Shown in pieces: positions 13,488-26,965 of a stretch of DNA of 64,000 bases (the first letter of the stretch is position 1; the number at the start of each line of letters is the position of its first letter). A program made the translations under genes and the position numbers. The notes below the pieces were generated by a model that was not told where the DNA came from, ran no database searches, and was given only the letters and a program-made list of their open reading frames with translations. Source of the DNA: Bigelowiella natans CCMP2755 (lineage: Eukaryota > Protista > Cercozoa); NCBI GenBank assembly GCA_000320545.1, contig ADNK01000421.1, forward strand, positions 62,001 to 126,000, written 5' to 3'.

Positions 13488-13829
13488 AATAATTGAAATA
13501 GTGCCTATTGTCTAAGGATTAAGTAGGCGGAATAATGGGATATTATCGAAACCTTGTTACAGGAACCTCATTACAGGAGTGCAGTCGTGCGAAACAAACC
13601 ATTAATTAAGTACATGAGCATGACCCACCCCCCCCCCCTCGGAGGGTAAGCATGCTACCCCTAAAACCACCAAATTAAATTGCATTGTTAAGGTCGCATC
13701 TGACTGAAATATAGCAGACAATACAAATGTGACAACTTGATGTAAAACTACTAAAGAGAAGTAGATCACCGTTATTTTTATTAATGTATTATTTTCCGAA
13801 GTATGCGAAGATGATGTACGAAACACACC

Positions 13830-14530
13830 TAGATACGTATCGTAGCTCGGTAGTATTGAGTGTGAAATATCGTATACGCACGCATGACTCTAGAACTCAT
13901 CACTGTGCATGCGATACTGACTAGTAGCTGACATCTCATGCACTCGTCTGGACGCTGGCGTACCAGCATCAGCTTTAGGGCTATACTAGCTATATATGGA
14001 GCTATGGAGAAGGCTTGCAGCAGGCTAGCAGGGCATGATCTCGCCAATCTCATGTGTATAACTAGATCAAGACGGATGCATCACATGATGAAAGAAACGA
14101 ATTTGGTCAATGGTCACCCAATCTAGCACTAGCTCTAGTAGCTAGCTAGAGCAATCTAGCAATTCATTGTGTAGCAATGCAAATTGCATGCACACTACAC
14201 TACATGTAGCTAGATAGCAGGCTAGCTTCTAGCTGGCGTGCAAGGTATAGCAAAGCAAGCTAATGCGATCGATCGAATATCAGTCTATATCAGCAGGTTC
14301 ATTGCCTCTAGCTATCACATTACATTCGGTACGTCTGAATGTGTATCTAGATGTACAAAGAGCTAGAGAGCCTGACATTGATCCTCTATCTGCTGGTGAT
14401 CCCTGCTAGCCTGCCCCTAGCTTCGCTCGGTCTAGCTAGCTAACAATCATTGTTATGACTATCATGCATAGCTACTAGATAGTGTATTTCTACTTTTATC
14501 TGCTTCGGTTTCCCATCTTCTAGTCTTATA
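13830..14530. repeat. CTAG/palindrome-rich block 2 at a convergent junction
   Basis: GCAGGCTAGCAGGGCATG at 14020-14037, with its 14-bp reverse complement CCCTGCTAGCCTGC at 14401-14414; many ctag/gctagc/gatcgatc words. Confidence 0.8.
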
Positions 14531-14531
14531 G

Positions 14532-15056
14532 CTAGTTAACTTTCACTTTCGCAACCACTGCATGTGAAGATCGAGGTATATTGACGAGCAGGGTCACAAC
14601 AATTGCAACCAACGCTAAGGCCCAATCTGCAGCATTTCCCAAACTTTCTAAATTTTCACGAAACAAATGCTCAAAATGATACTGTGGAGATATGTCCACA
14701 CGAGAGGAGTGCGCAACGCCTTGAACCTCCTCTGTGAAAACAAGAATGACATCCAAGAAATCACGAGCTGTATCATACAGAAGCACTGCCCTTTCCAGCG
14801 CTTCGATCCAGCTGGACTTTGCCAGTTTATTTGAAATCGAATTTAAATTCTGATACAAGGCCTTGTAGTGTGACGAGATTGCTTCAATGTTTGTTGTCCC
14901 TGTCCCTACTGTCTTGTGCTTTGGCGAAGAATGGAGAATCTCAACCCGGAGGGGGGATTCGGAGATAGAAGATAGATATTTTATTGCCTTGTTTGCAGTC
15001 TGAACAAGTATCGTTCACATCGTAGACAACACAAATTACAGTCAAATATATATATG

Positions 15057-15094
<38 letters not shown>

Positions 15095-17724
15095 TGTGTT
15101 TGGTGATATACATGAGATCGACATGTCTGCCCACCTTTAGTGCGGCCGTAGTAATTGAAAGAGCGTGGAAGCGATTTATTGTATCCTTGAACATCTTTCA
15201 GAACAGCAACCAAAGATCTTGAGATATATGTTGAGCTAATCACTAGACGAGAGCATATATATTTATCATGGTGTGTGTATGTGTATATGTATATGTATAA
15301 ATGTGTGTGTTCACCGAGGAGATTTCAACATGAACGTTGTTGTTGTTGCTGTTTCTGCAGCAGTTGGAGTTGAGCGGATTCGCGCAAATTGCCCAGGAGG
15401 GAGGGGACTCGCTCAAAGATGAGAACGCGCTTGAAGATGAAGAGTCTCTTCTATTTACATTCGATTGTCCTTTGCCATCATCATCATCATCGTCGTCGTT
15501 GTTGTCCTTATGTGATAAACGACCGAGATGTGGCCCGCTTGAGCCAGAAGTCAAAATCATTATCTGGAAGTAATAATAGAGGATTGGTTGAGGATGCTGA
15601 TGATGTGTCGGGAAAAGCAGTGAGTGGCAAATAGCAGGTAATAATAATACATCTGTGAGGATTGAATTCATCGGATCTAAAGCTGCTCCTTGCAATGAAC
15701 CATCTTGCTGCTGCAAAGTGAAGAAAGAAGAAAAAGAAGAAGAAGAAGAAGAAGAAGAAGAAGAAGATAGAGAGATCAAATCATCTTCATCTTAACCAGA
15801 ACATCGAAACTAAGCTGGACAATCATTATCATCATCATCATCGTTATTCTCTATCCAAAGTCAAAATAATACCTTATTTTGAACGGCAACTACCATCGAT
15901 CCTACCACACGGCTCAGGTGCTGCCTGTGGTAACATATCGCTAGTCATCATAAGTATCAGCACCCATCTAATATATATATCTAAATCATATATATTTATA
16001 TCATGTAGCACTAGTACCCATCAACGAGAATAGGCGTATCTGTGCCAACAGATACAACAAAGACAGGAATGCTTTGTGACGTTTGTCGCAGTTTGCTATT
16101 TTGGTTCGAAACGTCATCGTCGTGATCGTCCCAACGGTCTTCGATAATGGCGAAATGATCGTGAATCACGTGCTCATGAAAGGAGGACTGAGGGGCACAG
16201 ACGAAATACAAGAAAAAACGCACAAACGACACACCACCAAACCAGCTTCTCAATCAATTGACCGCTGGAAATGATAAATATTTTCTTCTTCTGCGATTGT
16301 ATCTCACAGAGCACAAAATGTTTGAAGTAATATTTGAAAGTTTCGAAAAAGAAATCCGCCTGGGAATGAGATATTAAATGACTTTAAAGACACACTCTTT
16401 CAACGCTGGTGCTGCTTTTGGTTTTCGAATGAAAAGTCCAAGAAAAGATAGTTATTCTTGAAACTTAGTTTCTGTACTACAGAATCGAGCGTGTAGATGT
16501 GCTGGGCGAAAATATCTTGATGATGTTCCCGATGGTGCCTCCCTTCTTTTTCTGCTTCAATTTCCTTCTTTTTGGCGTCGGTTTGCCGTCATTATATACA
16601 CAGAAAAGAGAAATAAAGCATATTTAGTTTGATTCATCTAATTCATACGAGACCAAGCTCCTCCTCCTCCACCTCCTTCTCTTCCTCCTCCCCCTCCTTT
16701 CCTAGCATGCATCTAATTATGCACCTGCTGGGCAGAAGAAACCGCGGTAGCAGCAGCAGCAGCAGTAGCAGTAGTAAGTGTTTTCAAGGACTGGGAAAAG
16801 GCGGTTGCGAGCTCCAGATCATCCTGGTTGTTACGTCATCACACAACGTCTTCAAACTCAACAACGCATATCAGAGCAATCGATGGAAAGAGGCTTTCAG
16901 CTTGCACACATAAACTGAGGGATAAATCTGCACATGCATGATTGTGGAGACGAATCCATCGCCATGGAGGAGTAGAGTTCAGATCAGCCTTTTTAGGGTG
17001 TGAAAAAGGCGCATGATTCCGTTGGTCAGTCACACACCTGAATGAATATGTGGTGCGGGCTAATCGACAGCTCCTGCCCGACAGCTTGAAACTCCATCAA
17101 GAACCGTCTAGCACGAAAACAGTCGTCGTAGGTGTATAAATAACTCGTTTAAAGCTTATCGAATTGACACGTAGATGAAACTGAAGGGAAAACCAAAAAG
17201 TAACTTCGGCGATCCTGCTAAGAAATTCGTCGGTGTTCATGAAAATGGCAGCTCAAACTGAGATATCTTGTTTTGATATTAGGTATAGTTGCCACCCCCA
17301 CAATCAATGCAATTGGAATGGCGACTGTTGGGTAGTAGTGGTGGTCAGTGGTAGTATATAGCACCTGAAATAGTCCATGGTAGTTTTATCGAATGGTTTG
17401 TAGCTGATGCAATTAGGTATTATTATTGACACCCACAATTATACATTGTATAAGAAGCAGAAACAAAAGAAGAAGAAGAAGAAGAAGAAGAAGAAGAAGA
17501 AGATTCTCCAACTATTAACTGAAATTTCAATCGCACTGCAGCAATACCTGGAATGCGTGGTCAGCACATACAATTCAATCGTGATCTTCTCGGAGAATCG
17601 TAGTGCTACCGGTGCCGTAGGAGGGATAATTACCCTATATACTGCGTCCGCAATCCGATATGCAAGGGAGTTTGCAAGCTTGTTCGCATCAGTGACAGAA
17701 TTGCTACTGTGGGTTCTGTAGGGT

Positions 17725-17761
<37 letters not shown>

Positions 17762-17818
17762 TTTTCGCGATTTCAAGCTTCTCCAGAATACTTGTGTACC
17801 TTTCGCATTTAGCCTACG

Positions 17819-17856
<38 letters not shown>

Positions 17857-17976
17857 GTGGGTCTCACTCAATCCAAATATGATCTGAATATATACGATTA
17901 TCTGTTTCTTTGGTCGTTTTGACCTGTCTTTCTGTAGCTGAAAGCTGGCGCTCCGAACCCTTCATTGGTAGTTTCC

Positions 17977-18010
<34 letters not shown>

Positions 18011-19339
18011 TGTACAAAGCTTTTTGTGCAGCTCCAGAGTGATGCGTTCTTCCTCCTCATTTGGCGACTCATATTCTTCAATAACGGAGTCGGAAGCGAA
18101 AAGGTGGTTAAGGTTGTAAGACGACGACGCTCTTGACGAAGACGATGGAGATGTTCCAGCTGTAAAGCCAGAGAATCAAAGTCGGATAGAGCAGAATTAA
18201 CATATGATTTACGAACAAAGTTGCTAATATGTGAATCCGCCGAAGAAACTGTGGAAAATGCCTATCATATTTTCGTGGCCAACAACAGGAAATTTATGAT
18301 CGATGTTGGATGTGTGTATAATTGTCCTATCATTGCTATTATTATTATCATCATCAAATATATGCATTTGGACTATCACCAACCAGCAGCTCTGATGTCG
18401 AAAAAAATTAAATCCGGGCCTGATATCCCACCCTCACTCGCGCATAAACAATCAGCCTGAAGGATACGTGTATTTGCGTACCTCTTATGCATACGTGTGT
18501 GTGTGTGTGTGTGTGCGTGATTTCTATCGAATGGACATGATGCGAAACTTCCTGACCTTGGTCGTTGTCGTCGTGTCTGCTACGTATCCATATTCTGCAG
18601 TACTGGGTAGAACCATGGCCCGAGGGTTGGGGTTCAGAATAAATATGTTGAAGACTTGCAGCTGCTGCTTATTATGGTCAATGTCCGCATGCCAAGCTAC
18701 TATTTTCCGTAGATATTTGATTACAGGGCCCGAATCAATTAGCGTTTTCTGTTGTTCAATGTTCGTAGAGCCCGCTTTTCGTGTGATGACGGATCCCTTC
18801 AAAACAGTATACAATCCCGCTAACTCATCACTTCGCGTGCTGTCTATTACAGACACATCTAATGTGTAGGAAGGGTTTTCCACGCTATTTGACGTTGAGA
18901 AAGTCCCTCTGCTCTGAGACTTAGAGAAATGAGACAAGTAGGGTATATCCACCACCCTTCTCGCAACTTCTCCATACGGACTACTCGATTGTTGAACTCG
19001 CTGAGGCAGAATTTGTTGCAGGCTTTGACGGAGAGAAGATATCACCCCAGAGGTGTTTAAATCCTTCTCCGAAATGCCAAGTGGGAACACGCGAACGCGG
19101 ATTGGAACGTCCACACTGCTAAAGCTCTTTATATCGAGCAGTTGTGCGAGCGATCTTGCACCCTGTGTAAGTATTATTCAGCTCGTGTGCGATGGAATAT
19201 AAAACGAGATTCCTTCCATAACAACCGAATAACGTATTACCACACTGTTTGTTTCGCTCTTGTAGCACTTGACCTCGGAAATCCAGAGCACGTTGATGGC
19301 AAGAAGTAGGGAACACCGATGAATCAGCTTATTTATCAT
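14532..19339 (-). CDS. Type I membrane protein resembling the At5g58100/KNS3 family (multi-exon)
   Basis: Signal-peptide-like start MINKLIHRCSLLLAINVLWISEVKC. Motifs FNIFILNP..YGY, LIFFDIRAAG, SIPVFVVSVGTDTPILVD and GSMVVAVQN recall that family. C-terminal TM WALALVAIVVTLLV, then KVKVN*. Confidence 0.55.
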
Positions 19340-20060
19340 TTCTTGGGCCTACTTCTAAAGGATATAATTCCAAGATCAAGTACGATAGATGTACACAACG
19401 CAGAGGGAGATCGATCATTTATCGAAGAAAGTATCTCACGACTCGGTTCTATTTATTACCGGACTAACGTACGAATCGCCTCAAAAATTTAAATGTCCAA
19501 GAATGAAGACATTCCCCGAAACACAGCTCGCCACGCATAAACGTAAAGACGTGAGACAGGGAAAGAAGAAGCTCTCAAGCGCCATTGATGTAGTCGCATG
19601 TGAGAGCTCTGTGCTCCCTGAAAAAAGATAAATGATCATCTACCTACGACACAAAATATGACTTGTCGCAGCATAATATTCGGTCCAAACATCGTTTAAG
19701 AGAACAAGTTCTCAGCTTTAAAGCGGAATGGAGTTCGATAGATAGGAGCGACAAGTAAAATATACTCTTTTATTGGGTAAAAACCGCTTGTGCCTAATAC
19801 TCAAAAAGAGAAGAGCTGGGTTGATAACACCACCAACTAACTTGCCGCCCCCCTTTTTTTGGTGGTAGAAAATGGAGAGGAGAAAGAATTCCGTATCCAT
19901 CGCTCTAAATAACGCATATTTCCCCCATATGACGATCAATCGTTCAGTGTGGCTTGCTTTGTCACGAATTTATCTAATTTTAAGAGGCTTACTTAGAAGG
20001 AGATAAATGTGCTTTTGACATTTAGGGAGCATCAAACCTGTGACAACGGTCGCGAGCATC

Positions 20061-21056
20061 ATGCTAAGAAGGCCATATTCAGCCACTAGTTGGTTAGCCT
20101 CCGCACTCTTTTTCCTTGCAGGTCATCATGAAGAACAATGTAAACATACACACATTTGAGTGGGGGGTAATTTCATTCAGTTTTAATCGTCGTTTTAAAT
20201 GATTTCTCCACCTCTAATTGGATTTTCTGCAGCTTTATTCTTGCACACGACAATGTGGTCGCCATCACCCTCGCTGGCCCTTACTCCCTTATCTCGGGCA
20301 AGAATTTCCCGATCGATTCGAAGCGCTCCCTCAAATATCGTTCGGCGAAGTAACCGCGACAAGACTTTCACCACTAGGCCTTCCCTTCACGCGACCCGTA
20401 GAAAATGCTTGTGCAGCTGCGAAAAGGAGACTAAGAGCGACGACGAAAAAGCCCTCATTGCAATGACCAACTTCGCGAATCGATACAATAAGGTGATGAT
20501 GATTTGGCGGGCACCACAGCTCCTCGTTGTCACCTCGATCTTCATTTACATGTGCAATTGCTCACACACAGGTAGCAGGAACTACTTATTGTTCCGACGT
20601 CTCCATTGCTGCGGTGGTAATAAAGGGTTTGGCAGAGCACAAAGTCACTCTAGGGGCACCGTTATGTCCCTGTCGCCACTATGACGATAAGCAGGTCTCT
20701 TTATATGCATCTTACTACAAATAGCAATCACTCGTACAAATATAGATCTATTCCTTATGATACGATCTCAGCCGTGATGTAGATATGTACTCTTCGCTGT
20801 TCTGCTTTCACAGGCCGAGGCAGAGCAAGGCTATTGGAATTGCCCTTGCGTGCCAATGAGGGAAAGAAAAGAATGCCACTGCATGCTGTTTCTCACGGTA
20901 TAATAAGCACGTACATTTGTCTTCTTTATGGTGATAATCACGATTTCAAATCGATGTTAACATATCTTCTTACACGTATAGGAGGATAATGCTTTTGCAG
21001 GCGATGAGACATCAGTGACTCCAGAAGAAGTTGCCAAAATGATCGAAGGAATTTAA
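20061..21056 (+). CDS. FTRC: Ferredoxin-thioredoxin reductase catalytic chain, plastid-targeted (signal + transit peptide)
   Basis: Spliced VVIKGLAEHKVTLGAPLCPCRHYDDKQAEAEQGYWNCPCVPMRERKECHCMLFLTEDNAFAG has the CPC/CPC/CHC Fe-S/disulfide motifs. Hydrophobic signal plus R/S-rich transit presequence. Confidence 0.93.
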
Positions 21057-21599
21057 ACTTCATTGACTCCTATGTTCCTCCTTCCACACGACAAAGCATC
21101 ATTACTTTTTATCACCAAAATCTGCACCATTCGGTGCGCAAAACCTGTGAAAAGAACTGTCCTTTAGTACGCATGCACACCCTTAACAACCAATACAAAA
21201 GCTGAACACTTTTCCTCTCTTGCGAGCGAATCCTTCATACCCACCCACAAGACGTAACGTAGTTTCAATCAATTGCTGCTGTAAAGCTTGGATATTATGC
21301 AGAAGTTTTCTCGTTGGGTCGTTGTCTTCAGTGATACTTGATATTCAAAGCGAAACCATACTTGCTAGCATTGCAGAGTATGTGGTGGTTGGTTATAGTT
21401 AGGTGTTCCGAACCAGAAATATATGTACACATATATGTATAGTTTCTTTGCCGAACAAAATCATGGTTGATGTGGCAAGATAATGCATACAAAATATATA
21501 TTCTAGATATTTAAGAAAAAAAATTGTCAAAAATAACTTGAGCGGTGGCTGACCCATTCGACTTGATAGAGCTTGGCCTGAGCGATTGCATGATTGACG

Positions 21600-22350
21600 G
21601 CGGCGAAAGCTTTAGTTGCCGACCTCTAGTCACAGAATGTACCATGATATGCTTGCAGCACTGAGCAATAATAGAAAGGCGATTGATCACGTGCTAGCGT
21701 GGTGAAATGCTAAAATGCAACTCACGAAATAGAATCGCTGCACGTACATGCATGTGTCGATCATTGGCCACTCTAGTGTGCTAGCACTGAACTCATTAGA
21801 TGGATGTAAGATGGATGTAAGACGGATGTAATGAATCCATTGAATTTCCTCAATAGTCATCCCTTTGTAGCTGTGCAATGCAGCGGCTACAGCGCTAATA
21901 TTGAATCTGTTAGTCATAGCTATGATGCTATGATGTAATAAAGTGATTAAATCACTGAAGTGATGAGCGAATAATGTTAACATGTCAGCTAGTTCTAGAA
22001 TAGCTAGACAGCGAGCTAGCGAGGCTGCATATAGATCGAGCACTTGAGCAGAATTTCGCAATCGCTACCCAAAAGTTGCATTGTCATATGTAGACTTGCT
22101 AGAGTGTGTGCTGCTCTACTGCTGCTGGATTGTCTTGTTCGAAGCTGGCATTGCTAGATTGGGAAGTACATCTATATAGACATGTTTGATTGCTGCTTGG
22201 ACTATGCATTTTGCAATGTACAAATTAGGCACTTGATGTTGGCCACGATCGATCGGCGTGATCTAGCTCATTGCTTGTTGCTTTCTTTACAAAATGAAAC
22301 TTGTTATTCAAGCTACATACATCTATATGCTTCATCATTGCGCAGTTGTT
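21600..22350. repeat. CTAG/palindrome-rich block 3 at a convergent junction
   Basis: gtgctagc, agctagttctagaatagctagacagcgagctagc, gatcgatc, catgcatg words between the FTR stop and the stop of the minus-strand gene. Confidence 0.75.
21797..21925 (-). mobile_element. 3' end of a non-LTR retrotransposon with a tandem TTACATCC(G/A)TC tail
   Basis: Minus strand encodes TNRFNISAVAAALHSYKGMTIEEI, versus TNRYNLSAVAAALHSYIRMTIETI at about 54815-54885. It is followed by ttacatccgtcttacatccatcttacatccatc. Confidence 0.82.
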
Positions 22351-22359
22351 ATAGCTCTG

Positions 22360-23019
22360 CTAGTTTGTGTCTGCTGAGCCTCTCGACGATGCCCATGCTG
22401 CACCCCCCAATATCTTTGCCGAGGAGGGTGTACTTGGTTTCGATGCAGCAGGTGATTGCTGGCCATTGGAAGAACTTGCCTTCATTTGTTTGACCTTCTC
22501 TTTCAATGTCTACATGACCATAAAACCCAGAAACAAGAATGTTATAACAATTTCTTTAGTAACCACTACATGCGAAAATATTTATAATGTATTTCATCGA
22601 AAAAATGTAAGACGCCGATTATTTCGTCGTTTTATTCTCACAACAACATCGGTGCCTCCTCTTCAGTATCTTTAGATTCGCATTTGATAGTTCTTTTCAT
22701 TGGTAAAATGCAAAGTTGCTGAGTAAATACTTGTTGTACAAACCTTATTTTCTTTTTCTAGTTTTTCTGTCCGCTCTAAAATGGCGTAAACTTGCGTCTA
22801 CAAAGATGGTAAGACAGAACGAGAATTGAGTAAGAATTATAAACTAAATAGAATGGAATAAGGCAGATAATATCGTGGAAGAAACATCAGAAAAAACTTC
22901 TAAACAGCGAAAAATACATTATGGGTGCTGACCTCTATCTTAGCGTCAACTTTGTCGCGCCGAGATATTTCTGCTTTCTGCAAACATGTAAATACGCAAC
23001 AGAGACCCACATACGCACA

Positions 23020-23060
<41 letters not shown>

Positions 23061-23903
23061 ACACCAATTAGAAATCCGTGCTGCGATTGGCTGTGAAAGA
23101 ACGATCATTGACAGAATAAATGAGGCAAAAGACTGGGTTTTAATAGCTTCTTCTTGTCACTACTACACCTACCAAGTCCTTGATCTGCGACTTGAGGACC
23201 TTCTGATCAACATACCAACACGCTTCTGCGGCCTCCAGCTAGTAGACAAACAGAATCAAAAATTCACCGAACAAGTTGCGATACGATGAACATTTCAATT
23301 ATGTTCCACATGACATCGGCTTGGTAAAAAGTCCCCATTCATCATCATCCACATCCTCATTTCCATGCTTTCGCACGTGTAAGTAGTGTAAGGCATTCAA
23401 GGCGAAGCAAACACTAAAGCTTGGATCGTGAGTGTTTCTACCTCGTACAGACGTGTATCAAACGACGCCCTTTCAAGCTATTGTTGTTATCGCCATTGGT
23501 GAAGCAACAACACAGAACACAAAAGAAATGGAGGAGAATGGGGGGACAAATCAATCAAGAGCAACATACAAATATATAACAAATACATTAATTGGTAAAG
23601 AAATCTTTTGCACAGTATTGCATGGAGATATGTAACAGCGTAAAAACAAAATATTCTTCCACTGTAAATGTGAAAATATCCTCCTCCTCCTCCTCAGCAT
23701 CATCGCGATCGCTTGTATAATGTTAGATGATATCAGACAAATCGCGACAACAAGTCTGATTACCTGGCGCAAGCACGTTTCATGGACGAGCTGTCTTTCC
23801 ATTTGCTGCAAAACTCCTGACGCATCCTTCGGAATATCCGGTATTCCTAGCAATTTTAAACGACGCCAAATGATCAGAAGCAGAGAGCGGTGGGGGGGGT
23901 GAG

Positions 23904-23944
<41 letters not shown>

Positions 23945-24089
23945 TGAACGTCTGAAACATCCTGCCTTTTCTCGGAGAGTAAGGTTAGAGGGGGGGGGGA
24001 AGAGCTATAGTCGTCGGTACCGCGCACAATCTGGAGCTTACGGGATATTTTATTCTGATAGTCCCTGAACGGATTGTCATAGGACATCG

Positions 24090-24127
<38 letters not shown>

Positions 24128-24427
24128 ACAATTGTAACAATTACAACAACAGCAGCAGCAGCAGCAACAACAACAACGACAAATGAGGAATTGTCTGTGG
24201 GAAAATAAAGAGGATTGTCAAGGTGCGGGCGATATTGAAAACTGAGATTATTATTAACCATAATACACATTACAACCTTTGTAACTTCTCAAACTGTGCG
24301 TACAAGGCGTCGTCTCTGTATCCGCCGATTTCTAAAGACCCACCCCCGCCACTTGGGCTTGGATCTGTATCAATCAGGACGAGTCGTGAGGTGGATAACT
24401 AGTTTTTAAATAAATAGTATATTTTCA

Positions 24428-24477
<50 letters not shown>

Positions 24478-24722
24478 CTGTGCGCGCGCGCGTGTTTGTA
24501 ACACAGCAATACTAGCCACCTCTCTTCTTCTTCCTCCCCGAGCTGGAGATTCTTATGGTGTTGATATCTGGAGGAAGCTTGAGACTCATGGCTGCTGCGC
24601 TGCTTGACAAAGAAGATCGCGACGTTGGAGATGCAGATAGGGGTGGGGTTCTGCCAGGCTGAGGATTTTAAGGGAAAAGGAGTATGGAGGGATAGATAAG
24701 AGCATAATTACACATAATGCAG

Positions 24723-24756
<34 letters not shown>

Positions 24757-25260
24757 GACTACTACTACTACTATTGCTACTACTACTAATAATAACAACA
24801 ATAATAATACCGTTGAGGGCCCCGCCTTTGAGCCAGGGCGATTACCCAAGAAAACTCCTGTTCTCAGTCGCATTCGAAGGCCTACGCACAAACATCGTTC
24901 ATAGGTGTACTCACGCACTACTCACTCATTATGCAGCTATGATAGTTCACGTGGCGCGTCATCGCACCATCTGGATCATCAACAAGATATCAATGTACTG
25001 GTGGTGTTTGATTCTGGCTCTTGGTGTCATAATGTGTTATTATTGAGTGATGGATGAACAAGGCGACCGGCAATTTCCTTCTTCTGCTCTGCAACCTCCG
25101 CTTGAAGCTTAGCGATGAACCTGTCTCTCTAATGTTTTGAAGTCGTAGACGTTGTAGCAATGATAGAGGAGGAAGCAGGAAGAAGAGTAGGTTTAATTCA
25201 GCACATTATTTGGTCTAAGGGTGTTGCAAAGCGACAAAAAACTGCACTTTCTTGTACTAT

Positions 25261-25299
<39 letters not shown>

Positions 25300-26512
25300 C
25301 GCTGCTGCTACTACTATTACCACTACTACACCACCAACTCCCACTTTTCATAAAACAGACAATTTCATTCAACTTGTACGGCACGATAGTGATGTTATGC
25401 GTATGGTTTGGGGGAAAATGACCTTCTTTACAATGTAGATTAGATGATCCTTTGAATAAGTTGAGTCGATCTTTACGTCTGGCCCCCCTCCATCCCTTGC
25501 CTTGCCCCCAGACTTCAGAACAGTAATCTCCTCCAGCAAGTTGGTGTTCTTTTTGTATAGCTTCTTGATTAGCTTTCGCATGCCCTTTATTTGCTTGTGG
25601 TCCTCCTCGCTCCTTGGAGGGATCGCCGATGATGTGTGTGGCCTCGAGTTGTTCCTTGATGCGAGTACACTCAGTGATCCTCCCGAACCCCGTAGTCTTG
25701 AGGCTGCTGCTGAGTCGGAATCGTTTGACGAAACTAGTAGTATCATGGAGGGTAAGTTGTCTTAGCTCCAAAGAATGAGAGTGCCAAATAATAATAATTG
25801 GCTCATCATCATGCACCACCATAATGGACGCAGAAATCAAACACACGAGAATCAATGAGAGTCACGAGAGAGCAGAAAGGAGGTTTTTTTGTAAGACAAG
25901 CAAATTGTAAGAGTGCGTGGAGTGGCAGCACGGCTAGGTCACAGGTTGATAGACTGATTTGAGGCTATCACTCACAACGGTGACGAGCTTTCGCTTTAGG
26001 AATGGAAAAAAGGGAACAAAAAACGCTCAAAGAATACCTGGTCGGGACCACTTGGGGGAGGTGAGTATGGGAGGAGGAGAACCGAAGGAAAAGTCATCAA
26101 TAGCCGTAGCTCCTAACGTGTCTTCCGATCCTGGGCGTGATGATACACGTGAACTACGAATATTCCTCAATTCCTTTATAGCCTCTAATACACTTCCATG
26201 AAGCCCTGCTGCAGATGGCTGATTCCCGCTACTACTTCCAGTCCTCTCAGGTGACGCGTAGTCTCTGTTCTCACCACTACTACCAGCAGCCTGCTCGATT
26301 GAGCTGCTGCTGTTAAACTCCGATTTCGCAGAACTTCTAGCATCCCCATCGGTGCTACTTTCCTTCCCATCACCCCCATCAAGAGTCCTCAATCCTCCTC
26401 CGCCGCCTCTTAGTTTTGAGCGCTTTGCTCTTTCTCCCGAGGGTTGGCGAGGAAGCGGCGGAGCCTTGGCCTCAGGGAGGGAACCAGTGGCGAATCGGTG
26501 TCTTGGTTTCAT
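22360..26512 (-). CDS. Uncharacterised coiled-coil / low-complexity protein (multi-exon)
   Basis: First exon MKPRHRF..(26027-26512). Coiled-coil-like exons ([27 protein letters not shown]; [13 protein letters not shown]). Last exon [18 protein letters not shown], with stop at 22360-22362. Confidence 0.55.
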
Positions 26513-26965
26513 GCTCTACCCCTCCTACTCTTTCCAGTAAATTAGCTTACGAGGGTGTTTCCCGAAATCTAAGCGGCCTCACGCACCATCATCCGGCACC
26601 TGAGTGAAGATCAAGGAGATCACGAATGGGGGGCGCGTCGGGCGCCACGATCTGGATTACGAGCGTTGGCAAAATAGAGTGAGAGAGATTATCCTCTACG
26701 ATATATTTGGCCTAAATTTTGATCCAAATAGGAAATGTTCGTTTGCGGAATCGCCAGTCGAGTTTGTGTTGGCGAAATATGGTCCTTTTACCACCAACTT
26801 CTACGAGAAAATGCCTGAAATTCAGGAAAAACCGACGAACGACGGTGGTAGTAAGTAGTCGACAACAACCGGCAACACTACTTCCAGCCAGTTACATGTA
26901 TTCCCGAAACATTTTATTTATTAAGAGCGACAAGATTAAATTACATGTCGCAGTATAATAACCCC

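Noticed and set aside
13627-13652. Similarity of cccccccctcggagggtaagca to ccccccctcaaaggcaagca at about 34776
   Set aside because: Short and driven by a poly-C run; not enough to call a shared element.
21530-21625. Faint 5.8S rRNA/tRNA-like words (aacttgagcggtgg..)
   Set aside because: Similarity does not extend beyond a few bases; no cloverleaf or rRNA continuation.
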